A stretch of DNA of 64,000 nt from Magallana gigas (Eukaryota), in the NCBI RefSeq assembly GCF_963853765.1, contig NC_088858.1:1984001-2048000 (forward strand). The letters are read 5' to 3'. Positions within the stretch are counted from its first letter, which is position 1, and every line of letters starts with the position of its first letter. Below, piece by piece: positions 31,601 through 44,035 of the stretch. A program made the position numbers and the translations under genes. Under the pieces are notes generated by a model, which was given only the letters and a program-made list of their open reading frames with translations, was not told where the DNA came from and did no database searches.

Positions 31601-34364
31601 ATGAAAGACAAAGTTTTATCCTTAGAGGGTCAATTGAAAATTTCAGAAGATAAATGTTCACAGCTTCAAGATCAAGTGATTGAGGTGAAGAGAGACGTCA
31701 GTGTTGTACTAAAAATCAAGTCTATAATTATTTCAAGGAAACCAATTTTATCAATGTCATCAGAATTTACCACTCAGTTAAAGCATGCTTTCCCATCTTG
31801 TTTTCCTCCATTTTCACAACCTAACCATTTAGAATTTAATGCATCCTTTTTATGGACAAGGGTTTTTATAGATTTTTAATCTTTCAAATTTTGCTTGCTT
31901 AACTGGGTGTGGGAATATGATTTGCTCTTTTGAAAGGTTCCTTGATTTTAACATTTGCATATTTTTCCGGAACAGGCTGAAAAACGAATCTCCACCCTAC
32001 AGAGTTCTGTCCAGCAATCAAACACAGCTGACCTCAGCCAGGTTTGTAATGTCTCGTGTGTGTTTTGTTTTTAACATGTTTGCTGTAATCATGTTTTACT
32101 GTGCAAGTTTATTTAACTAAAAAAAAACTATTTGATTAGTTGTGTTTATTCTTTCTTTGCAGCAAATGCAAGACGTACAGAGTCAGCTAGATTCAGAAAA
32201 GAAGAAGAGCAAGGACCTTGCCTCCCAGATTGTGAAACTGAATGGAATTATTAAAACAGGGCAGGATGCCATCCATCAGGAGCAAGAGCTAGTCACAAAG
32301 TTAAAGCAACAGCTAGAGGAGAGGGAGAAGGTAAAACAGGGGTCAGAGGAGCAGGGGAGGTGAGGGGGAGGGGTAGTAATAATCAGTCAATGAATCAACA
32401 ACTAAAGGAGAGGGAGAACATTCTAGAGAAGGGGTGTAATCGCAAGTACTACTGTAAACAGGGAAATATTTGCCCCCGTTTAATTTTCACCCCTTTTGCC
32501 CTTGTTGTCAGCGGCGGAATTAAAGACTGGGCAAATTCAAATGTTTTTAATTATCTCTCTTTAAAGACAACTGCTTCTGGGCGAAATTGAACTGGGCAAA
32601 ATAAACCCTGTTTACAGTATCTACAGGAGGAAAATCGTACACAGTCAGGGTTAAAAAAGTGGGGGGTTTAAATGACGGGAAGGGAGGAGGTTATAGTTGT
32701 AAATTGATTAATTAATAGTACTGATATATATTTGTATATTTACAGCGAATTACAGAATACCGGTAGAGTTTTCAATAGCTTGTTGGATTGCTCAATAGGG
32801 TATTCAATTTGGTCAGCAAGGTATCTCATCAGGTTTAAATCTAGGTCCTGTGGTTACTCAAGTGTAGATTGTTATTTTGCTCTCAACCCATTCATTTTAC
32901 ACAAAGAAAACCTCTAGAACACTCTCTCCTATTGTTAGCTATTCTATTCATAGACTTTTAAAAAGAATGTTCACCTGGACAGCACTGGACTCTATAGAGC
33001 ATCAATTCTGCTTGGAGTAATTTGAATTTTGTTTTTCAAAAAATGTAATTCAAAAGGCAGTTCTGAAGAAACAAACAAAAGAGAAAAGCATAACTTTAAA
33101 AAGGAGATATTTTTCCCTGCAAAAAATCATTAAACAATTTGGTTCCCTGATTCCTGGTGCATCTTATGCATCTTACAGCACTAATAGTTATTTTTTGTGC
33201 TGACTGCTTAAGTAGTTCAGACTTTAATAGCAGTAATGTAGGATAACAGAGAGAAACAAAAAGGCCCAAAACGTGCAAATGTTAACCAGATTAACTCACT
33301 CTATTGCTGTCATACCTGAGTAATCACATGACCTAGATTTAAACCTAATGTGATACCTTGCTGACCAAATTGAATACCCTATTGATCAATCTAGCAAGCT
33401 ATTGAAAACTCTACCGGTATTCTGTAATTCGCTGTAATATATATTTATATTATATGTATGTAAATGTTGTACAAGTATTATCTTGATTGAAATTTGATGA
33501 AATCATTTAACCAACCACATACCTGGTTATGCATAACAATTTGACTAATAGCCTCTTTGAATGTACATTGACATTTTGTACTTTGTTGTGTATTTCAGAG
33601 TCCAGGGACCAACTCAAGTTCAACTGCATCAGAGGTTTGTCTTACAGCGACTCACTCCGATAAAGTGTTGGGGCATATGTATAGATATAGGAATCATCAT
33701 GTCCATCTGTCTGTCTGTCCCACTTTTGAAAATGTTGACATAAAAAGCATGTGTGAATTTCATGTAATAAAGTGCATATTATTTGATTTTGGGATTACTA
33801 GCATGGTAAAAAAAATTCACACGACATTCGCTTGGAAGTTAATTTCATGTGGAAATTTTGGAAAGAAAATTTGTTGTAAAATTCATCTTGGGCATAATCA
33901 GCTGTATTTAACAGGTCATGTGGGGTATAGTCCTTTTAGAATAGTCTCTAGTTGACTTTATTGTAGAACTAGCATTACTAGAATCTTAATGTTTAGTTTA
34001 TTAACAACCATAACACTGAAAAAAGACTTCTTTTAACTCTATCCAAAGAAATACACATTTTTCTAATGCAGTTAGCACATAATGTTGACAATTTGTTGTA
34101 CTGATTTTCCATTGACTAACATATTTGTTGTGTTGTACAATTGGTGCTTGGTCTGCAGAATCAGCCCACGTATTGTCCATGATTAAATCCCAGCTGTGTT
34201 GGAAGGGGTGGTGGATGGTGGTACATTATTTTCTTTTATCATTTATGCTGTATTTTTAATCTTGTCCATTTTACACTTCCTCTTAGCTAAAGAGCAAACT
34301 AGCTGAAAAAGAAAAACAATTAGAAAAAGAAATCACCTTAAACAAACAGTTGTCTCAAAGACTG
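22621..34364 (+). CDS. RRBP1: Ribosome-binding protein 1 / kinectin-like ER-anchored coiled-coil protein (3' end beyond 34364 uncertain)
   Basis: N-terminal signal-anchor VVLIGVTVFIVSAILIYLISVFGI followed by KEKSYEEAIAEQRK and a K/P-rich region (exon 22621-23245). About 24 small in-frame coiled-coil exons follow, e.g. 24073-24212, 24708-24964, 25574-25771, ~27469 (ELREKNWKAMDAL, family hallmark), 30867-30932, 32164-32330, 33599-33634, 34287-34364. RRBP1 versus KTN1 cannot be resolved; likely a pro-ortholog of both. Confidence 0.88.
23983..24060 (+). repeat. 26-bp tandem repeat x3 just upstream of an acceptor
   Basis: ctggtgcatgtgtatatatcaaccta at 23983, 24009, 24035; acceptor AG at 24071-24072. 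Confidence 0.9.
32450..32619. mobile_element. Short MITE with TACTGTAAACAG inverted ends
   Basis: tactgtaaacaggg ... ccctgtttacagta, 170 bp. Confidence 0.65.
32743..33434. mobile_element. Foldback-like non-autonomous DNA transposon with ~130-bp TIRs, TA flanks
   Basis: TA|CAGCGAATTACAGAATACCGGTAGAGTTTTCAATAGC... mirrored by ...GCTATTGAAAACTCTACCGGTATTCTGTAATTCGCTG|TA, with inverted similarity extending about 130 bp. Confidence 0.85.
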
Positions 34365-37300
34365 GTAAGTGTCCATCACTTTGTTTCTTCTGATTTCATG
34401 ACTGTAGATCTACATATTATATAAAGCAAGATAATCAAAATGCACTTGAAATGTGAGCATTTTTTACACTGGGATACAAACTTAGATGTCACCACACACG
34501 TAGCTTTCTGTTTTACTACTACATGTGTCGGAGTTTGATTTGTAAACTGTGCGACCTAATTGTTGACTGTCATGTTCTATGTTCAGACACAAGCCTCGTC
34601 CTAGCAGCTGTCTACAGGTGATTGTTGGTTGTACCGACGTCTGTTACCATTCCTCCTGTTAACTTCTCTTTGCTTTGGTCTACTTACAATCAATATATAC
34701 AAGCCTTCAGATTTTATGAATGTTGTCAGTTCTGCATTTACTTTTCTGTTAACAAAATGTTTACATTTATAGATTTATAGTCTTTTACATGCACAAAACA
34801 GTCCTTCTCTGATGAGTGAATACAACTAGTCAGTCATTCAGCTAATCTAATTCTTATTTATTGGGCTACTAAGTTTACTTTTTGAGTATGATAATTTTTT
34901 AAGGGGGATTGGGGTGGACATTGGATTAGACATTTTAGATCATCTATATATGAAATGGGCAAAAATTGAGTTGTAGGAGTGGGGAGGAGGGAGTGATTGT
35001 GAAATGACACTTTCTCTCAGACAGGACTGTTCTAATAATGTACAGCTGTTTTCTGTTCAAATTTTTATTCAGTTATACTTGATTTACATTGTGGAATGTA
35101 ACTGCATGGAAATGACTGTATATCAACTTCTTTCTTGAGCTCATATATCAAACAAACAATACCTTTAGTGTCTTGTGGCATGGCCGGATTCTCAAGTTAT
35201 GTACACATTTAAATAAATTCCGACGACAGTGGATGACATTTAATAGGAATATAGTGATATTTCTGTAATCAGTAGGGAAATAGAAGATACGAAATCTTGC
35301 ATGGATTGTGTCCCTTACGATAGAAACTTTTCAATGCTGAGAATAATAGAAGAGTTCTGCACATTGAATATATGAGAAAATTTTAATGTCAAGAATTGGG
35401 AAAAGATAACCATAAGTGATTCTAACAAACTATGTGGTTTTTGCAAATCACTACACCAATGTATTAATATTAACATACGTACAGCAGAATGATGTGTGTG
35501 ATGATAACCATGTTTTTATTCTTGTTATGTGACAGGCACAGTTAGGTATAATGGTAAGTTCTTTGTCTCATGGAGGGTTCACTATACAGATACTTGGTGT
35601 TGTCATCAACTAGTCACCCCTCGTAGTCACGGCCACACAATGCTATCCTCTCCCTATCTACCTCTCTGTGTACATCTGTTCATTTTACCTTTATTTATAA
35701 AATTGCATTTTATTTTTGCATGGTGAAATATTTTTAATGTAAAATAAATTTTCCTTTTCTTATGCATGGCCCTATTTATTGCATCAAATGATTTATTTAT
35801 GTATAATAAAAATGCTCATGGAGTAGGGATTATGAAGGAGAATAAATACCAGTGATTATTTATTAGTCATTGAAGTAGGGATCATTTGGTTATTTGAGTC
35901 ACAGTAACTATGCCTTATTCATCATATTATGAATATTTATTGGTATTACATGTACGTCCTGGTTGTAAACTATGGCAGACCATTGAATCCCAAGCTGTTA
36001 GGAAAAACACTCTATCCTAACTTCTAAAATTTTAATAATTTTTTTCCCCACAAACTTATCAAATGAGTGACACATGTCCTGAGAATTATGATAAAGAATT
36101 TTTTTTTTGCATTTGTACTACATGTATGTAAATTGCTGTGGAAGTAAGTACAGTAAATATGTCAATTTTCCAAACAGTTTGGATTTTTTTGGTAACGAAT
36201 TCTACAGTGTCAAAACCCCACACCATTGACACCAAGACACGACAGAAACTGATTACGGGTAGACTTTCAGTACACTGGACACCTACTTAAGATCTGTCTG
36301 TGATAGATAAATATAAGAAGCTTGTTTTCATGGCGCTATGTAAGTTAGAGTTTGCAATTCTAACCCCAGGTAAACATCACTGTGGAGTTTATCAGGAAGG
36401 CTTTACCAGTATTTGCCACCAATTACCCAACTTTTATCATCTATTGTAACGTACAAGATACCATACAGTGGCATATATGTTGATATATATTTGAACCTTT
36501 GTAATCCCCTAACAAAATACTCCTCTGATTGTACAAGATATAAGCCATATCCACCACCCCTTATCCCTATACACAGCTGCCCAGCATTCTGTGATCTGCT
36601 AATTAATACTTTGTATACTGACCCAGAGAGAGATGCTAAATCGGTGTTTGTCTCGTTCTACAGTTCTTTGATGACAATAAGAGTTGAGGTAAATGGAAGA
36701 ATCACAACAGAACTGTTTTGACTGGCTTGGATTGGAGTGCATGCTTAATACTGCATGATTTTATAAGACATTTATAAAGCTTTATAGACAGGCATTCATT
36801 TTCAGAAGTCGCTTTTGTGTTAAGAGAACACACACAGCATGGTGTTAACTGATTTTAATTGCCTTTTTTTCTCTTTTGATTCACATAAATTATATAGTGT
36901 ATGTATTTGCTTTTTCAGTTAACATAATTGTAATTAACAAACTTTCAAATGTTTTATTATGCCAATATTAAAGTTTTAGAACATGATTTCAATGCAGGAT
37001 CTATATTTACCTGAGTCATTAATAACAGAAATAAAGATGGGGACAAGAGACATCCCTGTAGGATACCTGTATACTTACTGTTGTCTTTCTTGTTACAGGC
37101 CTCATCTCCCAGTGATAATGGAACCTCTGTGTGATAGCAGACTATAGCGATGCTGACAGAAAGCCATAGGGAAGAAGAATTAGCTGACTTCTTTATACTT
37201 GTGTACATACAAAATATGAAAACTTTCATCGTTAGATGGAATATAAATTTGAAATATTTTACCATTTTAATGGGAGACTGTGTAGGAATTCAGGCTTTGG

Positions 37301-40300
37301 TAACGGGCACAGGCGTGTTTCATTTCATTCAGTGCTATCATTTAGTGCAATAGCCTCAACTACATCATCACTTTGTTGACCTTTAGGTTGTCTTTCACAT
37401 TTTGTTTTTTTATTTTTTTTTGGTATTGCGCATTCAGAGGTGCAAGAATACCAGCTCTAAAGTCTTGTGATAATCAAGTTATGATTTACTATAAGGATGT
37501 ACTCGGCACTAGATAATCATTGTAAAGGACCCGTGTGCTTCAGTATCCGTAATCCTTGCACTGTATAATGTCCTAACACTTGGTTGGTTTGTTTGTGTAG
37601 GTTGCCAGATCGACTGTGTTTTATCACACAGAACCACTCATTTCTGTTTGATGTGAGTTGTATGACCCATGACCAATGTCATAGTAGAAATAAATTGTAA
37701 CATTTAACCTCAAATATTAACCCAAATTGTGAGATGCTTATAGTGTTATGTATATAGAGGCTTCCCTGCAAAACTCTAAGTTTATGATCCTCATCAATTT
37801 AATATATGATTCTATTTTGAATGAATTGACTATTTTTTATGTACATATTGTTCAAATTCCCTATTTAAGATAAATGTGACTTAAACCATAAAATGGTATG
37901 TGATCAATGAATCAGATTTCTGTTGCTGGTGTAGGATTCGTAGTAGTGTGGAACTGGATATAGCTCTACACTTTGTCTGTCTCTGAGTTTGTCTCGTTTA
38001 ACCTCAGTTACTTAGAACTTCCACTGTCCTGACATTATGTAGACCCCCTCGGCGAATCGTTGGTGCTAGGATTCCTGATATATTGTCAGAAGATTTGTGT
38101 TTTATCAGAGAACAGTTATTTTATCCCAGAACTTTTTCCTATCAATTTTATTGTAACATCATATCAAAGATGGCAGAAATGGTGTGACTCTGGGACCAGA
38201 TATTTCGTTTTGTCACAAATCAAAACCACATACAGCAGAGTGACGGCGTCAAGCCGCTGCCATATATAATTATATAGATAGCAATGTTTTCTGTGGTGTG
38301 AGAGGGCAACAGATCCATGTGTACATAGCTGGAATGTGATTGTTTTACAGAGCATCAAAGTATTCATAATTATTCACAGGCAATTATCACTTAATACGTT
38401 GACATACAACTTCACATCCATAAAGATTATACATATTAATATAGATATATATATTTGCATATTTTATCCATAGTTCACAGATTTCAGCCTAGTCATGTTT
38501 GTTTATTATTTGTGTGATTTTGGTCAGTACTAAGAGCAGACAATAGTCCATTAGAATGGGAGACATTTTACACAAGTTTGGTTTTTCTTAGATGTCGGCT
38601 TGTTAGGTGGAACAGAGGAGGAGCTAAAGCCATGAGGAATTGATACTGATCGTGTTGAAACTGAATGTATTTTTGCAGGGTATTGTCATGAGATGATATC
38701 TAAACAGCAATATGTACCCAATCTGTCAATAAATCTATAGCCAGCTGAATTGTCTTGTGTCTTTATTGCAGGGGAGAATGGGCAAATTCTCGGACAGATT
38801 GATCAGTGAAAGGTACCAGAGTAGTCAAACATTCTGTTGATGTATATTGTATTACTATACCTGTATTTTGATCTAAAATACATGTACCTGTAACATGTGC
38901 TTAAAAATGAGAAATTTAAACATGTCTGTGTCCAGTGAAAGCATTCTTTTCTACAACAATATGCTTAAATTCTCCTGGTATCACATAGAAGTAAAACAAA
39001 AGAAAGATGTGTTTGGTAAACGAACAATAGCCAATGGATGCAATTTTGACCTTCAAATTTGTATAAATGACCTTGACCTATTACAAACATCCACCCCTGA
39101 TGTTGACCTTGCACATGATCAAGTTTGATTAACTAAAATATGAGGACAAGGCAAAACTTACCAACAGATAGATAAATCAGGTATTCTAATATCTAAATCT
39201 CCAATATCCTGGAACAAATTCTACAGCATTGTCTCAGAATGTAAGGAGTTTCTATCGTTCAAGTTGAAGCAGTTGCTGACAATTTCAGTTAATCCAAAGC
39301 TAGTTAACATATGTTTCATTAAAATCATTTTATCTAAAATTATTTTATATACTTGCAACAGACTATATAAGCTTGTAATGTGGACATTCTTTCCACATAT
39401 ATTCAACCACTATTTGTTATAATTACGTATATAATATTTCAATGCATATGCCCTCTGAGGACCCTTGATTGGCGAATATGCACATACGACATAACCGATT
39501 GAGGGACTTCTTTAAAAACAATTACGTCGTTTTACCGGTATTATATTAGCATGTTACAAAGTGTAGAGCTTCTACATGTATAAGTGAAGATCGTTAAATG
39601 AAGCATTATACGTGGATCAAAAGCACGCTGATGCTTGGGTGAGGTGAGCAATGTGACTCATGGGCCTTTGGAGGGGATGTTAGACGCCAACATGACATAC
39701 TCAAAACATATTTTAAGTTGTTATCCCTGCCCTCAAACAACAAAACATCAATACAACTGTAACATCTCCAGCTACAAACATCCTATTCTCTATTGAGACA
39801 GGCATTGTCTAGCTAAATCCAATTTTCAAAAGAGAATACATCTTATCGACATCCCTTGATCATGAACTTGCATTGCAAGTATATTAAGTCGCGAGAAGAC
39901 AAGCATTCCCCGTTATCCTCATTCGCCACACATTTATTAATCGAGAAAATTTTATTTTTGTTTAAAATTTTTCTCATATTCTCAAATGCCGACCCGGAAG
40001 GCTATTGATAAAGTTCAACCCGGTTTTTTGTTAAAACGCAGAAAATGGCACGTAAATATATCATTGTAATTCAGTGGTAAATTGTGACCTTTGACCCTCT
40101 TTGAAAAAAAACCCAATTTGAATGCTATAAAATAGATTTTTTGAATTAAAAAAAAAAAAAACAACAACAAAATGTTGGCATAAATATGAACGATATTTTA
40201 ATTCTGTACCGGTGAATTTTAAAATTGTATACTGCAATACTGCGTGCTAAGATCATAGGGGCCCGGGTGATTGTCGGATTCTTGTGTTGGGGAACAAGTA

Positions 40301-40552
40301 ATAATTAGGAGAATATAAATAATAATTATAGTGCTACACTATCCGACAACCGAGCCCCTTGGATTACTGGTCGATAGACGACAAAAATTTAATTAATTTG
40401 AAAAAAAATGAATTGGTGTCGACAAGTAGAGATTTACATCACAGCATATCATATAGATTTAATGGGGTAAAATTTCTTTACAAGAATTTCTAATGCAGTG
40501 AAATAATTATAACGTATAATTATGTGCATATTTATATATACATACTATATTT

Positions 40553-40555
<3 letters not shown>

Positions 40556-40614
<59 letters not shown>
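40556..40614. repeat. (CT)n microsatellite, about 29 units
   Basis: Uninterrupted CT dinucleotide run. Confidence 0.98.
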
Positions 40615-40617
<3 letters not shown>

Positions 40618-40740
40618 AGAAGCGCGCACATGTGATCTCATCGACCAATCAAAACATATCACGTGATAAACATTTGACAGACGAACACGTGTTTCCTTGG
40701 GATGCGAGAGGAAACGGGTACGTATTGACCGACAGTAAGA
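40615..40740 (+). promoter_or_regulatory. Candidate core promoter and non-coding first exon of the XTBD gene
   Basis: CCAAT at 40645, palindromic TCACGTGA E-box at 40659-40666, second CACGTG at 40686, donors cgg|gtacgt (~40718) and aca|gtaaga (~40734); follows the CT microsatellite. Confidence 0.45.
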
Positions 40741-42079
40741 CTGTCTCCTAGTTAAGAATTATTTGAACTCATATGAAGAAGATAGATTTTTTTAACCATA
40801 ATAATTGCGAACCCACCCACCCCCCCCCCCCCAAAAAAAAGCACACATGCAAATGATGGGTCCCCACCCCCACAAAAACAAGAATAATATCGATCAATCA
40901 TATGCATCAATCGCATTCAGTCGATGAATCGATCAGAGAATGAGTGATAAGACACAATACTCTTAGATGTTCGTTTAGGGTTGATATTTGAACTGATGGA
41001 AACGTTATATCGGTCCAAATTAAAATATCAAGCCAAGCTGAATACTGTATTATATATACTATAGTATTGTAGCAGGTACGTAAAAATTGTGATTTTAATT
41101 AAAATCAAGTACATGTAATGAAGTTTTTAGGTAATTCATCTCCGCCCAAGGAATGAAGACTATGAGCCATGACTTAAAAAAAACCATGTACTAAGTAATT
41201 CATCTCCGCCCAAGGAATAAAGAAACACTTTTAATCTATGAGTCATGACTTTTAAAAAAACATGTAATTCATATTCACACATGCAAAATTCATTATTCTA
41301 CATTAAAAAAATTGTTAAAAGATTTCAGGCCAGTGAAAAAAAATTCCGAAAATTGAAAAACATGCCATATGTCCTTTAACAGGGTGTGCTTTTTAGGAAT
41401 GCCATGTAGGAGAAACAGTCCAACTGGTTAAATGGGTCAGATTGAATATTTACATCCTTAGAACATAAGATTCCATGGCATTGCGATTATAGAACAACAC
41501 CCTGATATGGACACTAAAGCCTGGCTTTGTGTATTGAAATACTCTCAACAAATTGTAAAATGTTTTCCTTTTCTGGTTGATTAAAAAAGTAAAATTCTTT
41601 GGTACAGGTGCCTGTTCAGTCCCTCATTATTAGCTGACAAATAATTCTTCTGTGGATGTTTTTGCACCCAAGCCTGAATCAATGATGGAGCTAAAACAAA
41701 AAATAATACACCCTCTGCTGTGTTTATTTTTATCTAGTCTGTCCCAAGATATTGATGCAGCACATTTGGACGATTTTTAATTAAAAAAAAAATATACCAA
41801 CCTGTGAAAGAAGTGCAATTAAAATCGGTGAAAGGAAAAATTTTCAAGATATATTCATATACAATGTGGTATTCAATTTATCTCTTTGACTGAAAGTTTT
41901 ATTGAAGATGAATTGGAAACAACTTGAATATGAATATATCTTGTTGGCTATGAAAAAGAAATAGATTTATTAATATCTACAATCAGTTTTATACAAACTT
42001 GTTTTTTAGTGCTGTGAATTTTTGTACACTGCTACTCAAATGTAATGTTCTTGCATATATATTTAAGAAAAGAGAGACC

Positions 42080-44035
42080 ATGCAGCCTTTTACAGAGAAC
42101 ATTGACAAGCTGAGAGGTAAACAGGAAAGTCTTGCATTCTGGCAGAGACGTCGTCGATTCCTGGCCGTCCACTGGAACAAGTTCCCGGTGGAGGAGCTCA
42201 ATAACCTGTCCTACTGCTACAGTAGTGTGATGGTCTACAGCTGCCGGTACTCTCCCGAGATCATGAACAGGCTCTACGACTTAGCGATGGAGGTGGCCAG
42301 TCATCAGCAGAAAGAAGGCAAGAGAAATGCCAGGTGTCCGCAGGAAATCCAGGAGAAATGGGAGCTAGCTATGACCGAACCAGACACTTTTGGGAGGATT
42401 ATGTTGAACACTGGAGAGGATCCAACAATAGAATGGACAGAAAATGAAGAGGAGGATGATGGTGGCCAAAAGTCAACAGATGTTGAGAGGAAAGGCCAAA
42501 AATGCTGTTCTGTGCAAAGTACACCACATACAGTGTCAAATGTGGAACTGAAGACTCAGATTGGCAAAGCTCCCAATAAAATTCAGCAGTTCGCTGCAAA
42601 AGCTGATCCATGCTTGCAGAGAAATCATGAAGAGAATCTGCTTATCAATCTAAATGAAAGTGTCACATTTGTGTCGACTGATCCTTTGAAATTGAAGATT
42701 GACGCACAAACCAACCCTCTCATGAGAACCATGGTACAGCAAAAAAATGCTTGGCAACAGAATACTGGTGTATATGAAAAAAGTCCACAAGACAACAATT
42801 ATAACAAGGAAACCTTATCTACAAAAACAAATTCTCCACATCAAAGAGTAACGCCCAGTGGAAGGAATAAGTTGAAAACTCCGGTGTTATATCATTCTCC
42901 CCAAGCCTACCAAATGCATTGTGATCTGCCCAAACAAAAATGTACAGTGAACACTGCAAGCTTCCTAAACAGACACTGTATGGTGGAACGGTCACCTGAT
43001 AGAAGCTTAATCTGGCATCCACTGATTCAGACAGGAGTGAAAGAGAAGATACAGGCAAAGGAACCTCTAGGAGTAGATGGAATGTACAAATGCATTGACA
43101 AAAAACCAACTGGGTCATTTACTGGTATACAAAATAAGGCAGAGAGACCACATCCTTCAACCCCTGTAACTGCATCCAGTAAAATACAGCAAGCAGATTT
43201 GGGGAGAAAGGAGAAAGTGGTGATATTTAGAACACAACCCATTCTTAATAAAAGCTCTGGTAAGAAAATGTGTGTGAAAAAAGAGTGTGTCGATGGTGTT
43301 GTAAAGGCACCTAATGCATTGACAAAAAAGGGTTTCTCGTTTGAAAACATGAAGTTCAGAGAGTTTCACCAAAAGAGAAATCATTCATTACATGTGCTCA
43401 ACAATCAACACTCAACACCACAGACTCAATTTCAAAGCAGATTTTATCACAATGAATATGTGACACTAAGGCAAAGAGATCAAAGCAAATTAAGTGCAGC
43501 ATCAAAGCCACATCCAAAGGCTCTTCAAGGTGAAATGTGCAGGAAAGGACTTCTTAGTGATAGAGGCCATTCAGAATCTCAGGCTAGAGAAAAAGATCTG
43601 AAATTGAAGCAAGCAAAATGTGCTTCAAAAGACTTTGTAGAGGAAGTACCCAGAAAAAAGTCATACACCATCACACAGGAGAATACCTCCAGACGACCCC
43701 ATTCTCAGGGAGGAAGAATGACCAGAGTGGTTTATCCCTCTGTAAAATCACAACCTACTATCGGAGGCAAGGCGGAACACTCCATCAAACCAGCAACAGG
43801 CAAGAGTTCCATCCCATCCTCTCGCGCAAACCAAGGTCACTACAATAAAGGTCTGGAACCAGGTGTGAAACAGGGGAAAGCAGACCAAAGTTACTGCAAA
43901 AGTCTGGAACTGGGTGTGATGCAAAGGCAAGCAGACACGGGAGCCAAACCTTCTCAAGGGCCTGAGGAAGGGAAACCAAACAGATTTCTCCTGAAGACTT
44001 TCCTCCACAACCTGCTGAAAAAAGCCAGAAATTAG
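42080..44035 (+). CDS. XTBD (XRN2-binding domain) protein with long low-complexity C-terminus, 651 aa, uninterrupted ORF
   Basis: ATG at 42080 in accATG context. The N-terminus LRGKQESLAFWQRRRRFLAVHWNKFPVEELNNLSYCYSSVMVYSCRYSPEIMNRLYDLA follows the XTBD pattern (ES..W..R..F...H...P...L..LS......CxYS..M) of PAXT-1/CDKN2AIP/NKRF. AATAAA at 44337. Confidence 0.8.
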   Translation: MQPFTENIDKLRGKQESLAFWQRRRRFLAVHWNKFPVEELNNLSYCYSSVMVYSCRYSPEIMNRLYDLAMEVASHQQKEGKRNARCPQEIQEKWELAMTEPDTFGRIMLNTGEDPTIEWTENEEEDDGGQKSTDVERKGQKCCSVQSTPHTVSNVELKTQIGKAPNKIQQFAAKADPCLQRNHEENLLINLNESVTFVSTDPLKLKIDAQTNPLMRTMVQQKNAWQQNTGVYEKSPQDNNYNKETLSTKTNSPHQRVTPSGRNKLKTPVLYHSPQAYQMHCDLPKQKCTVNTASFLNRHCMVERSPDRSLIWHPLIQTGVKEKIQAKEPLGVDGMYKCIDKKPTGSFTGIQNKAERPHPSTPVTASSKIQQADLGRKEKVVIFRTQPILNKSSGKKMCVKKECVDGVVKAPNALTKKGFSFENMKFREFHQKRNHSLHVLNNQHSTPQTQFQSRFYHNEYVTLRQRDQSKLSAASKPHPKALQGEMCRKGLLSDRGHSESQAREKDLKLKQAKCASKDFVEEVPRKKSYTITQENTSRRPHSQGGRMTRVVYPSVKSQPTIGGKAEHSIKPATGKSSIPSSRANQGHYNKGLEPGVKQGKADQSYCKSLELGVMQRQADTGAKPSQGPEEGKPNRFLLKTFLHNLLKKARN

